Source: Octopus vulgaris (lineage: Eukaryota). Taken from it: a stretch of 64,000 bases of DNA. The position numbers were made by a program, and so were the translations under genes. Shown one piece after another: positions 26,656-40,228 of this stretch (position 1 is its first letter; every line of letters begins with the position of its first letter). The DNA is taken from assembly GCA_951406725.2 (NCBI GenBank), contig OX597814.1, forward strand, positions 40,300,001 through 40,364,000. Reading direction: 5' to 3'. The notes beneath the pieces are model-generated. The model did no database searches and had not been told where the DNA came from. It saw only the letters and a list, made by a program, of their open reading frames with translations.

Positions 26656-28080
26656 GTGACAGAAAAATCGCCTGTTTTAGATGGTCTGTTCTACGAATTC
26701 TGTTTTCATGCCAGATTTGTTTCGCAGTTTCTTGGCAGCTATCTACAGTACCTGGTAGGGAGAGTTCCTAGTTCTGTTAGCCGGGGTGTGCTAACACTTC
26801 TGAGACAGGACGCCGACAATGGAGACGTGGCAGGGAGCTTTCGGCCCATAAGTCCGATAAACACAAAGTTTAACATTTTGGTCAAAGTATTTGCGAAAGG
26901 GTTGGCGCTTGTCATTGGTAGTTGGTTGGGGAGGAACAAACATAGGTAAACCACAGCGAGTCTATTCATGACAACCTCTACCATATGCGATAGATCGTAG
27001 AGAGCCTGCGACTAAATCAACCTTCGGAGGAGCCCTGATCAACTTAGATCAGTCGAAAGCTTTCGAGTGGGTAGAGCATCGCTATTTGGAAGCCGTCCTC
27101 AAAGTGGTCAGTTTTGCAACCGTTTTCAGAGGCCGGATTGCTGCAATGTACAGTGGCATCTGCTCGGTGATAAAAGTAAATGGTCACCTATAGGGGCCGG
27201 TTATTATAGCACATTCGATCAATCAGGGCTACCCGCTGTCACCTTTTCTGTATGTGCTAGGTCTCGAGTCACTGCTTCGGAAGTTGAAACAGCCAGATGG
27301 CCGCTCATTCGATATTACACTCGGGAAAGCAGTATCTGCATACACGGAAGACGTCATCGTCATGGTGCCGGACGCCTACGAAGTGGAGACGTTTAGCTCC
27401 ATTGTTAATGAATATAAGTTGGTTACGGGCAAAAATCAACGCCGAAAAGTTGGTGGGATTGCGAGTAGGCACCTGATGACGCAGATGGATTCCACCGGAC
27501 AGCGTAGTAGGAAGCTGGCCTGACGGACCAGATAAAGTACTCGGGTTTTGCTTTGGTCCCAACGTCCGGGTTGATAAGAATTAGGAGGAGATGACAAACA
27601 GGGTGGCCATAGTTTCTGCTTGATTAGATTGGAGCATATCCTCTTCATTTTCCTCTGAAAGGGACGCGTTCCGATGATTAGGCGGTCGGTCTGCTGCCAG
27701 CTCCCTCTGCATGGCTGCTTAGCATGGCATGACTTTTGATGTTCAGATATGCACTCGGGTTGTGCCACTGCAAGTATTTCTGGACGGTGAACGGTTGTGG
27801 GTTCCGTTTGTGAGATACGTCTTTCTGCAGCTCGTCTCCTTGACTGAGCTGTGTTCCTGGGTAAAGGACAGGCCGAGACTGGACGCCTGACACTTAGAAT
27901 GTCATTAGGCGTTCACTTTCCTCTTACAAGTCGAGCAATGGGAGCGATGGCTGGTCCACTCTTGATATATACAGAGAAGTGCGATGATATATTCGGGGAG
28001 AAACTAGGCGTCGAAGAAGACGAACTGACAAGTCTCAAAGTCTCTTCTAGAGGACTTACCGATTGGGGAATGCTATAGAT
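26656..28080 (+). mobile_element. Tx1/L1-group LINE reverse transcriptase relic
   Basis: KSPVLDGLFYEF; FRPISPINTKFNILVKVFA; SIHDNL; GALINLDQSKAFEWVEHRYL; QGYPLSPFLYVLGLESLLRKL; SAYTEDV (decayed YADD). Multiple frameshifts. Confidence 0.85.
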
Positions 28081-28189
28081 CATTTCTAAATGTCTGTAGA
28101 ATTACGTTGTTTTTGCCTACTTAATACCTTACCCCAGAAAAGTCGACTTTCATCAGAATCAGAGACTAATCTTTCACTTCTTTTTTGTC

Positions 28190-28740
28190 ATTAATCTCTT
28201 GGTAAAATCTCATTTGTTCGTTTCTAAAGAACTTGTTTTTTCTGGTATTGATTAATCCGTTGTTCAAACTTAGTTACCGCTGCATTTTTGTATCTGCTTC
28301 TTCGGTTCTTCAATTACAACATTCAGCCCTTTTGTATCTACACGATATATCTTCTTAACCTTTTCGAATTTTCATTCATTTTAAGTTCTCCATTTCTTTT
28401 CCTGGCAAGTATTGGCACTACACATTTCAGAAACTCTATATCTTCAGAAATTCTCCTCTTTCACCACGGTTGTTTATTTTCCCTTCTATCTGTCGCTGTT
28501 CTATTTTCTATAGTACGCATCCTTTCCGCCACAATCCTACTAGGAGCGTTGACAAGATTAATCGTTTGTGTGAAGTTATTTGTTTCAATATGTCTCAGTA
28601 CATTATTAGCTTTATTCGTCTCTTGATTAGTCTTCATTAATTCGCACATAAATACTGTCACTACCGTATTTAATAGATCCAAAATTCTTTATTATTAATC
28701 TATCTTCATTGAGTGAGTAGTTACTGATCTCGCTTCTTTC
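28190..28740 (-). mobile_element. R4/Dong-like retrotransposon, pre-RT region fragment
   Basis: NNVLRHIETNNFTQTINLV...VAERM...KQPW*KRRISEDI; GLNVVIEE; FEQRINQYQ; FRNEQMRFYQEIN, matching the PWWKRRI / QNRLF..DQKRFY region upstream of the RT in R4-type ORFs. Confidence 0.75.
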
Positions 28741-28804
28741 ACAATTCATGGTATTATATTCGTGTGAACAATTGTCCATCTTTGTTCTCATCTTGTTCGT
28801 TCTT

Positions 28805-28850
28805 AACAGAAGGTTTCGGCTGATACACACTTCAGCCTTCATCAGGCCTC
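28805..28850 (-). ncRNA. Hammerhead motif, family A, second copy (stem I decayed)
   Basis: Minus strand: CUGAUGA-A-GGCUGA/UCAGCC-GAAAC-CUU, followed by ...aacaagatgag.acaaa as in the 5831 copy. Confidence 0.65.
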
Positions 28851-30011
28851 ACCCGATATCCTTCTTTAATAGCTTCTAGCTCAAATTTTGTTAGTCATCC
28901 ATTCTTTCGTATTGTTCTTGCTTGGTCACATAATCTCTCTCAGTAATTTCTAACAGTTCCATTGCCTTCCATACACTGATAATTCCTTTACTCTACACTC
29001 TGTCAGGCAAGCCATTCGCATCCAAAACTATCATTTTTACTTGTTTACTCCACTTATGTCTCGTAACATAGCAGTTCCTGGATTACAACAGGGCACAATC
29101 TGCTGCACAGTGGGACACCTACCGGGTGCAGCAACTTCATCATTGCTTCCAATCCCGTTTACACCGTTATCGTAATCTATTTTGCTTGGCATTTTCACTC
29201 ACATATTTGGTAAGTTTTTAGGTTACTACCAACGAATATTTTTATTGTGACACCATCTCTATCAGGGTAATCCGCCAAGATATCAGGGCTCTTGGTCCAT
29301 TGGTTTTATACTCAGGGTGTTTCTTCTCCTTGGCCGCTTGCCATCCAAGACTAACGAGTACAACCTACCCGGAGCACTAATTATTTGAAGGCACCAGATA
29401 CTCGCCTTTTCCTACTCTTCTCCTGTTAATTTGCCGAAAGAGTCGGGCTACTGTCAGAGGATAGACCTTGCACAGGCCTTTGAGGTATTTTATAAGTGAT
29501 GGCGCATTCAACTCATCCACCACCCCAAATTGACAGATAATTAAATACATAAATAAATAGAATAAATGAAATACAAATTAAACAAAAATAACAGAAATAA
29601 AAATACAAACAAAATAAGTTCATTTTATCCAATCTGTTGTGGTATCTATATGTTCTCTTTTCGTTAAAGTTATTTACTTCCTACTGTTTTTTTTTTGCTT
29701 TTCTTTTTATGTGTTGATACTCCATGATATTTATTTTGGTTTCTAGATATCATTGTTAGTATTGATATGTCATCTTTGTTGAATTTCTTTTTTTCCAAAT
29801 TTTTTATTATTTGTGTTGTTTTAGTACCTTGTGAAACGAATCTATTAAATTGTTAGTTCTAGATCTGCTTTTATGGTCTTCATTATGCCTATCTGATTCT
29901 CTATCTTTTCATAAATATTTGGTATATTCTGAAGGTTCCAATTTGCTATTTCCTTCTTAATTATACTTCCATTCAATATTTAGTTATACATGTTTGCTTT
30001 CGTTTATAACT

Positions 30012-30404
30012 CTCTCTTTACTCTTTTACTTGTTTCAGTCATTTTGACTGCGGCCATGCTGGAGCACCACCTTTAGTCGACCAAATCGACCCCGGGACTT
30101 ATTCTTTGTAAGCCCAGTACTTATTCTATCGGTCTCTTTTGCCTAACCACTAAGTGACGGGGACGTAAACACACCAGCATCGGTTGTCAAGTAATGCTAG
30201 GGGGACACACACAGACATATATATATATATATACATATATACGACAGGCTCCTTTCAGTTTCCGTGTACCATATCCACTCACAAGGAATCGGTTGGCCCA
30301 GGGCTATAGCAGAAGACACTTGCCCAAGATGCCACGCAGTGGGACTGAACCCGGAACCATGTGGTTGGTTAGCAAGCTACTTACCACACAGCCATTCCTG
30401 CGCC
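30012..30404 (-). mobile_element. Full-length tRNA-derived SINE, family 1
   Basis: Head GGCGCAGGAATGGCTGTGTGGTAAG (A box) and GGTTCAGTCCC (B box); CORE-like cttgggcaagtgtctt; internal (TA)/(TG)n; LINE-derived tail; candidate TSD TATAACT at 30005-30011 and 30405-30411. Confidence 0.92.
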
Positions 30405-30873
30405 TATAACTGCTAGGTTATCATTGACAATATTATTAAGTGCCTGTATATTCTTGTTTAATTATATTTCATATTATCCCGTATTAATCTTTCGTTGAAA
30501 TTTTAGTCGGTGTACTTCGTAAACAATGTAATTAACTTCTATATATATATTAATTGATGTTACGTATATTTGTCCTTCCAAGGTATATTATTTTAATTTT
30601 ATTAATCAAATGAACATCAGTAATAGAACATGCTTGCATACTCTTTTTTTGTTTTTGCTAGATGAGATATATCATTTATCTCATTAATAATAACCGATAC
30701 ACATATTAAATTGAAATACAAAATAAATTTCATAAAGTATTATGGATTTTATTCCATGGAAATATTTAGAAAGGAAGCGGAAGCCTAATACTCGAAAACA
30801 CATATATCGTTTGTCCTTCCCTTGCAAGAACAATGAACTTAATCGGTGAAATAGAGGTAATCATATGTAAGCA

Positions 30874-30934
<61 letters not shown>

Positions 30935-30936
<2 letters not shown>

Positions 30937-32330
30937 AAAACAGCATGGATAAACTCCTAGATTTCAAAATAATGCTTAACAACATACATAGCAATATACA
31001 ATTCACTTGGAACACAACAGTAAACAACTCTCTTTTCTAGACATCTTTAAAAAGATAACAACCACTTAGATACAGACATCTTTTATAAACCCGCAGATTC
31101 TAAACAATACATATTATTTAATTATTGCCACCCCAAACACATAAAAATTAATATAGCCTTTAATCTAGCGAAAAGAAACTGTACCATATTTTCGGATAAA
31201 TATACTCGTGAATAAGACTCCTTGAACTTAGATCAACACTAATTAAAAGACATTACCCAATCTCATTAATAAATGAAGGCATTAAAAGAGCTAAGGAAAT
31301 AGATATACAAATGTTAAGGCAAACTAGCCATAATACTAAACCAGACTTAGAATACTCCCGTACATTTCCACACATAACCCTAGAAACAACGAAGCCTTCA
31401 ACATTATCACCCAAAATCTTCCTAACCTCACAGCAGACAAAACCATGAACGAAATTTTAAGCTCATACAAAATAATAAACAGCAAAAAGCAACCGAAGTC
31501 ACTGAAAAAAAATATTAACCAGCGCAAGACTATATCCACTAACAACAGAGCCAAAGGTAAGAAAATGTGGACGTACTAACTGTGGAACATGCCCCCACCT
31601 TTTGGAGGGTTCAGAATTTCACTTCAAACAAGGAGAAATATTTCAAATCAAATCAAGTTTCAACTGCGCCTCAGAAAATATAATCTATGTCATGACATGC
31701 ATAGAATGTGGTAACCGCTATATTGGACAAACAGAGATTTCACTCCGTCAAAGAACCACCTTTCACAAAGCGCAAATCCGCCACCCACAATACAGACAGT
31801 TAAAGGTGTGTGAATACATCGAAAGGTGTGCCAGGAATATTAATCCTAATTTCCAAATCATCCCCTTCTATCAATTTTCACAGAACACCACAATGCAACA
31901 AAAGTTGAATAAAGAGGTATTTGTCAACAATAAATATCTCCCCCAACTAAATATGAACACGCAACTCAATACAGAACACCACTAACCCTTCAATTTAAAC
32001 CAATAACCCCTATACACTCCCTACACCATTCGCATTACAATTCTATATCTAAATCCAGAACTACTTACCTTCCTCACAAATAATCCAGAACTACTAACCT
32101 CCATTACAAATAATCTTTTTTCTCAGGAACTATTAGACCTGACACCATGTATTAGGCGGTGTATTCAAAGCAATGAATATCTTTGCGGAAACCATGGTAT
32201 GCTTTGTTTTATGATTTTATAATCATCTCATAATAATGACTTTTATTACTACCTCAGTTCATCTAAATATATATATTTGTCGTTACCTTTCATAAAAAAA
32301 GCTTTTTTTATTCACAACGTGCATTTTCGT
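30935..32330 (+). mobile_element. 5'-truncated Penelope-like element (Neptune-type): RT C-terminus + GIY-YIG endonuclease + 3' UTR
   Basis: LNNIHSNIQFT; TDIFYKPADSKQYILFNYCHPKHIK; Cys linker CGRTNCGTC; FNCASENIIYVMTCIECGNRYIGQT...LRQR (ORF 31602-31985). Frameshifted. Confidence 0.9.
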
Positions 32331-32407
32331 TGATTTTACATATTTTCCCCTTACACTTCCACGTGTTATATATATTTTATTTTTGTAACATATTTCTAAT
32401 ATATATT

Positions 32408-32446
<39 letters not shown>

Positions 32447-32469
32447 ATACATACATATATATATATACT

Positions 32470-32566
<97 letters not shown>

Positions 32567-33336
32567 GCCTAATTGTGTCTTAAGTAACAAAGTAGTCAAT
32601 GACTCATGTGGGTTACATTGAATGTTCAATAGATTTTTGTAACAACACCAAAATGTACTTATAATCGTGGTGAACAATCTAGGCATTAACCTAAGCGACA
32701 CATGAAAACGAAATCGACAAGCAAATATTGTCCTTTATAAATGACTACTGTTTTGACATTAACTCTGGAAAGTTAAGTAATGTGTGGCATTTATTGAGGA
32801 ACAAACCAATTTTCGCCGGTATATCAGATTTTCCGTTAGAAATGTCATACGAAAATTAGGTTGTTGAATAACAAATGCACGTGTTATATAATTTCACTCA
32901 TCCTACATTCTATATATTATCAGCGCTTTCAAGTTACAAATTTGAAATACTGTACTGACATAGGGAATGATTGTGTAGAAATATCATTTTACATTTTTCA
33001 CATCTCTGTAATCCCGAAACCCTTATATAGTTAATCAGAGACGGTTGATTCGTTATTTTTTTCTTTTTACCTGCGTTAGTTGTTGGGTATTGCTGTCTGG
33101 GAGATATATTTTGGTAGTAGAATATTAATTCAACTGCTATTTCTAAAATTCTGTACGTGGTGAAGCAAACTTTTGCTGAACCCTAATTATACTCATACTT
33201 AGAGAAGTTTGTAAAAAAATACCGATAATTATTCTTTTAACTTACCGAAATATTTGGTAAAATTATTAATTATTAATTGATTAATCAATTTTACCTTTTA
33301 TTATTATTATCATCATTATTACTATTATTATTCTTA

Positions 33337-33374
<38 letters not shown>

Positions 33375-33376
33375 CT

Positions 33377-33426
<50 letters not shown>

Positions 33427-33427
33427 G

Positions 33428-34312
33428 GTCGTTAATCTAAAATAAAATAATGATTTTATCAAATGGTCAAAGATAAACTTCAAAGTTACAAATTATTTAA
33501 ATTATAGATTAGGGTATCTACGAGATACCACCATGCTGAAAATAGCAGCCATGATCTGACTCTAAAACCAACTTAATTGTCCATATATCAACACGGAGTG
33601 AAAAGAAAGAGACAAGATGAAACTAGTAAAACATTACTGGATAACTCTAGATCCTGGATTTCTGACTTTGCATTTAGGAATTCTCAGCCTCGTCAGTAGA
33701 ATACACACAGAAAAGAAACATAAATACATACATATATAAATACAACATACGAATACTTACATATACGAACGTATAGCTGCATGTATATGCACGTATGCAT
33801 CATGGACAGTTCAAAATGCCCGCCGTTTATTTCCATGTGAGGTATGGTCAAAATATCTCCGCAGTAAAAAAAGGGACGAAATAAAATTGAATTTATATAA
33901 ATAAGAATAAGGTTGTCAATTTGAAATAAAATAACGATTTTATCAAGTGGAAAAAATAAAATTCAAAGGTAATAATTATTAAAATTATAAATTAGGCTAT
34001 ACGAGATAATAGCAGCCATGGTCTGACTCTAAAACCACCTTAATTGTCCATATATCAAAACGGAGAGAAAAGGAAAAGACAGGATGAAACTAGTAAAAAA
34101 TCGCTGGATTATTCTAAATCCCAGAGGCAAAGCATTCCTAAATGCAAAGTCAGAAATCTGAGATCTAGAATTATCCAATAATGTTTTACTAGTTTCATAT
34201 TGTCTCTTTGTTTTCATTCCGAGTTAATATATGGACAAATAAGGTGGTTTTAGAGTCAGATCATGGTTGCTATTTTCACCATGGTGGTATCACGTAGATA
34301 CACTAATTTATA

Positions 34313-34315
<3 letters not shown>
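33428..34315. repeat. Triplicated ~200 bp unit (two direct copies, one inverted): Penelope pseudo-LTR-like structure
   Basis: 33430-33650 is similar to 33912-34120, and 34163-34315 is their reverse complement (ctgactctaaaacca, tgtccatatat, tgaaactagtaaaa). Confidence 0.85.
33644..33702 (-). ncRNA. Type I hammerhead motif (stem II partly decayed)
   Basis: Minus strand: AUUCUA-CUGACGA-stem II-GAAAUC-CAG-GAUC-UAGAGU; 6 bp stem I and AUC cleavage triplet. Confidence 0.65.
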
Positions 34316-34398
<83 letters not shown>

Positions 34399-35899
34399 TA
34401 AATATAGATATAGATATAGATAGATAGGCAGATAGATAGACATAGATATAGATAGACATAGGTATAGATTTATACATACATTAAGTATAGGAGTTCTATG
34501 GTATATAGATCAGGAATAAATTCTAAAATAGTTAGACATTTGTCTGTTTGATATTTTCACATTGTCTTAATCCATTCATTATACCATGCAAAGCATCTTT
34601 GGCTCCTATTTTGAAATTCATTCATGAGATATATGGAAAAAACAATCTTTTAATCGTACTAGGAGATATATATTTATTTCTGTTTTACATTCTCTGTTAA
34701 TTATTGTCCGAATAAATATGAGTAATATAAATGAATATGAATTTAATGGAAATTCAATCGAACATCAAAACTCGTTACATATAGTTTTACATTTGTCACC
34801 CAAATTAAAATGAGAATTTCTCTTTCTTTGTCTTACATTTGTGATCTTCCTCCATTCGTTGATTGTTCTGATCGTGTATTGACATTATGGAGTGATTTTA
34901 TGACCGGATAACATACATATTTTATAACACTAAGTCTAATTTTTGGTAAACTATGAAAAATTCAATTTTAGAATATACTTCTGCTCTACTTGCATAAAGA
35001 TTTCACATGTTTATTAGTATCTAAATTTATTCTTAGAGTAAAAGAAAGCACGCTGCAATAGCATTGAGGTTTTCATTATATACATATGTACCAGCAGTAC
35101 GATTTCTTTGTAAATACCTCGATACACTGAGTGCTTTGACATTACATATATTATAGTGAAATAGAAAATTTATATAATGTCACAAATTCGTTAAAAAATG
35201 CATAATTCTATTAACTGAACAGATGTGAGATTTGTGTGACAGCTTCCTTGTTTTATTTCCTTTTACATAGCGATATTAACAACTTACACGCAATGTTAAG
35301 ATATAAATGGTCGAAAGCAACACCCACTATTCGAGCTTGGCAGAAGTTTTAAATTTACTAATAGACATCATGTTCCATAAATAAACTTTGTAAAATAAAA
35401 TTAGGAAGGACATAAAAAATATTAAAAACCTAGAGCAATAAATTAATATTTTCAGATAAAAATAATAGCATCAGTGGCGTAGGCAGTGATAAATATGGTA
35501 GATTATGGTTTAAATACATAACGAAGAAAAATATAGAAAAATAATATCATAAAATCTTGGAATGATATTTATTAAGAGGATAAATTAATAACCCGGTTTA
35601 TTTTGGATAATTATATGTAATATTTGGTATACTTGTTGATACATATAAAATCTTCGGACGTATATTATACCAAGGTATCAGGATTTACTTATTCATATGA
35701 CACACCTTAAACATTATCCTGAAAGTGCCACATTTTAAATACGCATATCCATGGTCATACAAACGAAAAGCCTGTTGCACTACATATTTAGTATAATAAC
35801 CTAATCATAACATAAACATATACAATTTTCAGCAAATTGCTATATAAACAGACCTCAAAAATGCTGTTTAAACCAGTCTACGAACATAATCAAAGCAAT

Positions 35900-37060
35900 A
35901 CAAGATAATCAAACTGCTATTCTAACCTTGTGCAAAAATCTCAGTTTTGTACCAACATCAAATGCCAAGTCATCTATAGATTATCTACGACACCATTGTC
36001 CCACAATTTGAGATATGTAATCGAATGCTTGTATACAAATGAATTCTCCATAATATTAAATGATCGCAGAGCAGATTTTTCAACTAAAAATTATTCTAGA
36101 CAAATAAATATAGCTATACAGAAATTAGTGTATGACACGGATTTAAGATCCGCCAAGGATTATCAAATGATTATAAAATGACATTAAGTTCACGCACTGG
36201 GATATCGGTAGGACATTTATCAAATGGAGCAAGCTATTTGGAAATAAAGCAACAGTTAGAATCCTGTTTACAAGTCTTATCATAACTCGGTTATGAATTT
36301 GGGTACTGTTAACTCAATACTAGAATAGAAAATTTATCATAGGAATAACTGACAAGAGTAATGTCGTAGTGGAAAATATCTTCAAGCTGGAAATTCCTTA
36401 TATCGAATAGTCTTGCTCTTCGAATCCAGAAGTGCATCAGGAAACTCGAATGGTTTACGTAATCTTTTGCAGTAAACGTTACTATCAGTGTAGATGTTTC
36501 CTCCGTATCCAGTTAATGATTGGCTACATGTTCCGTGAAAAACAGCTACAAGTGTGGTTTTAAAATGAAAAAATAACTACATTAACCTTATTAAACATGA
36601 TAATCACAGTTTCTCGTTAAGTGACGGACGCGACTGCTTGTTAAGACAGGCGTGGAAACTATAAAGCCAAACACATTTAAAATTCTCTAAATTAAACTAT
36701 CGAAATGAACCAGTGGATATGTTTCGATATAAATTCAGACAAATATATAACCACGACCACGTTTCAAATACTGAAAAGCATCATTCAACAATGCTATGTA
36801 TGGACAGAGCAGAAAGAAATTGTGACTCTCGGACATTTCTAAGAATTTTGATTACATGCTTCAATGCCTACTAACAAAACTGGTTTTGCACGAACTTGAA
36901 CACATGTACAAATTAAACGCCGCTGGAAAATATATAAACACCAGATCAAGATCTATAGAAACTTTCTCGGATATAGGAATGCATATTGTATGCCAAATCA
37001 AATTTACAACATCGCAAAAATACCCTTCTTGCCATTCATTGAATCTATAATTTTAACGCC
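35900..37060 (+). mobile_element. Possible ancient Penelope-like relic
   Basis: Only scattered motifs: ILTLCKNLSFVPT near 35920 and NCDSRT / YMLQC near 36820-36870. Confidence 0.3.
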
Positions 37061-37879
37061 TTTCACTTCTCTAGATATCAGATATTGCTTTTAAGTCATT
37101 TTTCTACACCTCTATGTGTTATGTACCTATCAGCAGCACTTCAAGCGATATATATGTGTGAGCTTATGCAAATATATACAATTGTGGTGGAGCTTATTGA
37201 GTGTGAATGTATGTATGTGTGTGTATATATATGTGTGTATAAATGTGTGTGCGTAAGTTTTCTGTATATGTATTAGAGTGCATTTCCATCCGTATGTGTA
37301 GTTGACTGTGTATGTGAGTGTATGTTCATTAGGTCCTGCATCATTGTGTGAGAATATATTCGTGTATGTATGTGTTTAATTAAATTACCACTTTATCTAA
37401 TCACAATATCTTCTGAAACATATTTTTACACAGAGCAACTGTCTTAATCTGACCTTCTAAGCCACTCAACTACGTATATTTATCACATAAGTTCTGTTTA
37501 AAATTGGATTTCTACATGTGAATAACATTTTCCTTTGCTTAAGGCACATAAATGACAGCAATATGTATTATGAACTTTACATTTATCAAATAGTTATGTG
37601 TGCCGTTACTACAATAATTAGCTAAATTATTTATTTATTTGACACACCTAAGCGCGTAAGCATCCAAGAAAGGTTCATTAGATATAATTTTTTATGTGCA
37701 TAAATCATAAGAGTGATGCAGAAACAGATGTTCAGAAACAGATGTTCACGGAAAAAAATTTAGAAACAAAATTTTTTAAAGAAATTTTATAAAGATAGCT
37801 TGAAAGTATAGAGGACTTTCTTTTAAAATGATACTATCTTTTATAAAGATAGTTTGAAAGTTTGCTCCAAAGAAATGTC

Positions 37880-38450
37880 ATAGAGTTCTGATATGTCCAG
37901 GGAAAAGTTGTTGTTATACTATAAGAAGTAACTCGGAATCTGCACTCAGGTCATTCAACAAGTCATCAGACATTCCAAAGCTTTGACGGGCGTCTCAACT
38001 TTGACAATGTGACCCCGTAGTTTGACAGTAAGCAACTTTACAACACAGGTGGATATCTGAATTTCTTAATCATCTCCAGAACGCCAAGTAGTATTTTAAG
38101 ACCTTTATGATTTGTAATGAAAATAAAGCGACGCAGAGAGTGATATAGCGAAGACGTACTAATCGGAAATGTAGCAAAAATAGGACGTCCACCCCTGAAA
38201 GTAGTGCTTGTTAGGATTCTGTCACTGTAATGCATTTAATGGAACTAATGCAGCAGACGATTCTCTCAGCAGTTGAACAAATTTAGGAATCGTTGTTGAA
38301 AATCATTAATCACAAAGTTTTGATGTTATTCCTTGGGAATACAGGATGCCAGGCAGCAGGGTAAATTCTGGAAATAAATCAATCCTGCAACTGAGAAATA
38401 TTTCATCCACTCCATATCAAATAGTACGTTCTCCGCCTGATGAAAAATTG
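37880..38450 (+). mobile_element. Possible very old mariner relic
   Basis: Weak motif traces only (SQQLNKFRNR; an HP/SPD-like segment near 38405-38440). Confidence 0.25.
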
Positions 38451-38785
38451 TACTAATGTACTAGTACATTGATGTACTAGTGTGAAAATAGAGAAAAAGT
38501 GTAAACCAATCTCTGAATTCATAATCGATTAAATCATCTCTACTGTGGTTCTAGTACCATATTAACATTATCAATACTTAATGCAAGCAAGTAGGGCTTA
38601 AGAACTATATTCTGAGAGGAAATTAAATAGTTTTTGGCATTAGATTACAAAATTAAAATTTAATGTACTATTAGTACATATATCTTTTTAATTTAGTTTT
38701 CTTTAATTTAGTTTTTCTAAAGTTTATTTATGATCTTACATGGATGCATACAATTTTAAATGTTTCATCGGTGTATTGACACTTG

Positions 38786-38840
<55 letters not shown>

Positions 38841-39189
38841 GAGCGCAATGGCCCAGTGGTTAGGGCAGCAGATATGCTGTTGTAGGATCGCGCCTCCGAT
38901 TCCCAGAACGGGCGTTGTGAGCAAAACCACTTAGAACTCCACGAGACTCCGGTAAGTGCAGTACTCTCTCACCACAACTTTCTTTCGCTCTCTCTTCCTA
39001 TTTCTGTGGTACCTAGTTTTAAAAGGGCCAGCTTTGTCACACACTGTGTCACGCTGAATCTCCCCGAGAACTACGTTAAACATACACGTGTCTGTGGAGT
39101 GCTCAGCCACTTACACGTTAATATCTCAAGCAGGCTGTTCTGTTGATTGGATCAACTGGAACCCTCGTCGTCGTAACCAACGGAGTGCC
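38841..39189 (+). mobile_element. tRNA-derived SINE, family 3
   Basis: Head GCGCAATGGCCCAGTGGTTAGGGCAGC (A box) and decayed B box ..CGATTCCC; distinct body ending ccctcgtcgtcgtaaccaacggagtgcc; flanked by (TA)n. Confidence 0.85.
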
Positions 39190-39192
39190 CTA

Positions 39193-39242
<50 letters not shown>

Positions 39243-39244
<2 letters not shown>

Positions 39245-39797
39245 TTAAAATCCTTTAAAAATATTTCAGCCCGAAGGCTGCGGCTATGCTGGGGCACCAC
39301 CGCTGAATGAGCTACACTAATATGTGAATCCGCCTCTGATACGTGGCACTTGGTCAACAAGGGAGTTCGATGCCGCTGCCCGCATCTGTGTCTCGTGTCG
39401 TGGGGTAGGTTCATCTGGGACCCCCGACAAGAAGAGATCCAGTTTAGTTTTAAAGAAACCAACATCCACACCATGCAAGTCTCTCAGGCATTTAGGGAGG
39501 AGGTTAAAGAGCTGTGGTCCTCTGAAACCAAAGCTGTTGCAGTATCTGGTCCTGTATTTTGATGGTGATTTTGCAATCTTTGTCACCATGGAATGTTGCC
39601 CCGTTCTGCGGTTGGGGTAACTTTGAATGCCAAAGTTTGGGACAATACCATCCAGTATTTTCCAGGTGTATATCACTACATATCTCTCCCGCCTTCGCTC
39701 TAGGGAGAAGAGTTTTAATACTTTCAGCTGATATGTTGCATTGAGACGATCTCCTTTGTGTAGCATCTTTGAACTGCTTCGAGTTCTGCAGTTAGTT
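39243..39797 (-). mobile_element. 5'-truncated CR1-group LINE 3' end, related to 53140-55662
   Basis: ORF 39317-39766 LFSLERRRERYVVIYTWKIL...GPQLFNLLPKCLRDLHGVDV...GVPDEP...RAAASNSL; 3' tail ggtgccccagcatagccgcagcc-ttcg-ggctgaaa. Confidence 0.92.
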
Positions 39798-39798
39798 T

Positions 39799-39829
<31 letters not shown>

Positions 39830-40108
39830 GAATATGGTTATTTTTTTCTTACGAAGTTTACAGATTGCTTAGGAGTGCTCAAGCCGAAACTGAGATGTGA
39901 GACAGGTATAAAAAATAAAAGGTAAACATTCACATTAGGCAAACAACTATTAACACATATGTGTGCGGATTTGATCAATATATAATTCGTCCTAAATCAA
40001 AACCTATATAAATATATCAAACTTATTTTATTTAGGATTTGATATTGACCAAATTACATACATGTTGATAGTAGTCTAATCTAATTTTTTCTACCGCACG
40101 CACACACA

Positions 40109-40228
<120 letters not shown>

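Noticed and set aside
30330-30404. tRNA-like sequences here and at 8130-8215 and 38841-38910
   Set aside because: They are SINE heads continuing into SINE bodies; no complete cloverleaf.
37722-37862. Short direct repeats (14 bp and 22 bp; others at 10708, 48963, 63241) as CRISPR-like arrays
   Set aside because: Only two copies each, eukaryotic context, no spacer array; ordinary slippage duplications.
39860-39905. Hammerhead-like GCCGAAAC after a small hairpin (similar weak cases near 17105 and 63980)
   Set aside because: No CUGANGA core or stem I recognisable, or the motif is cut by the window edge.
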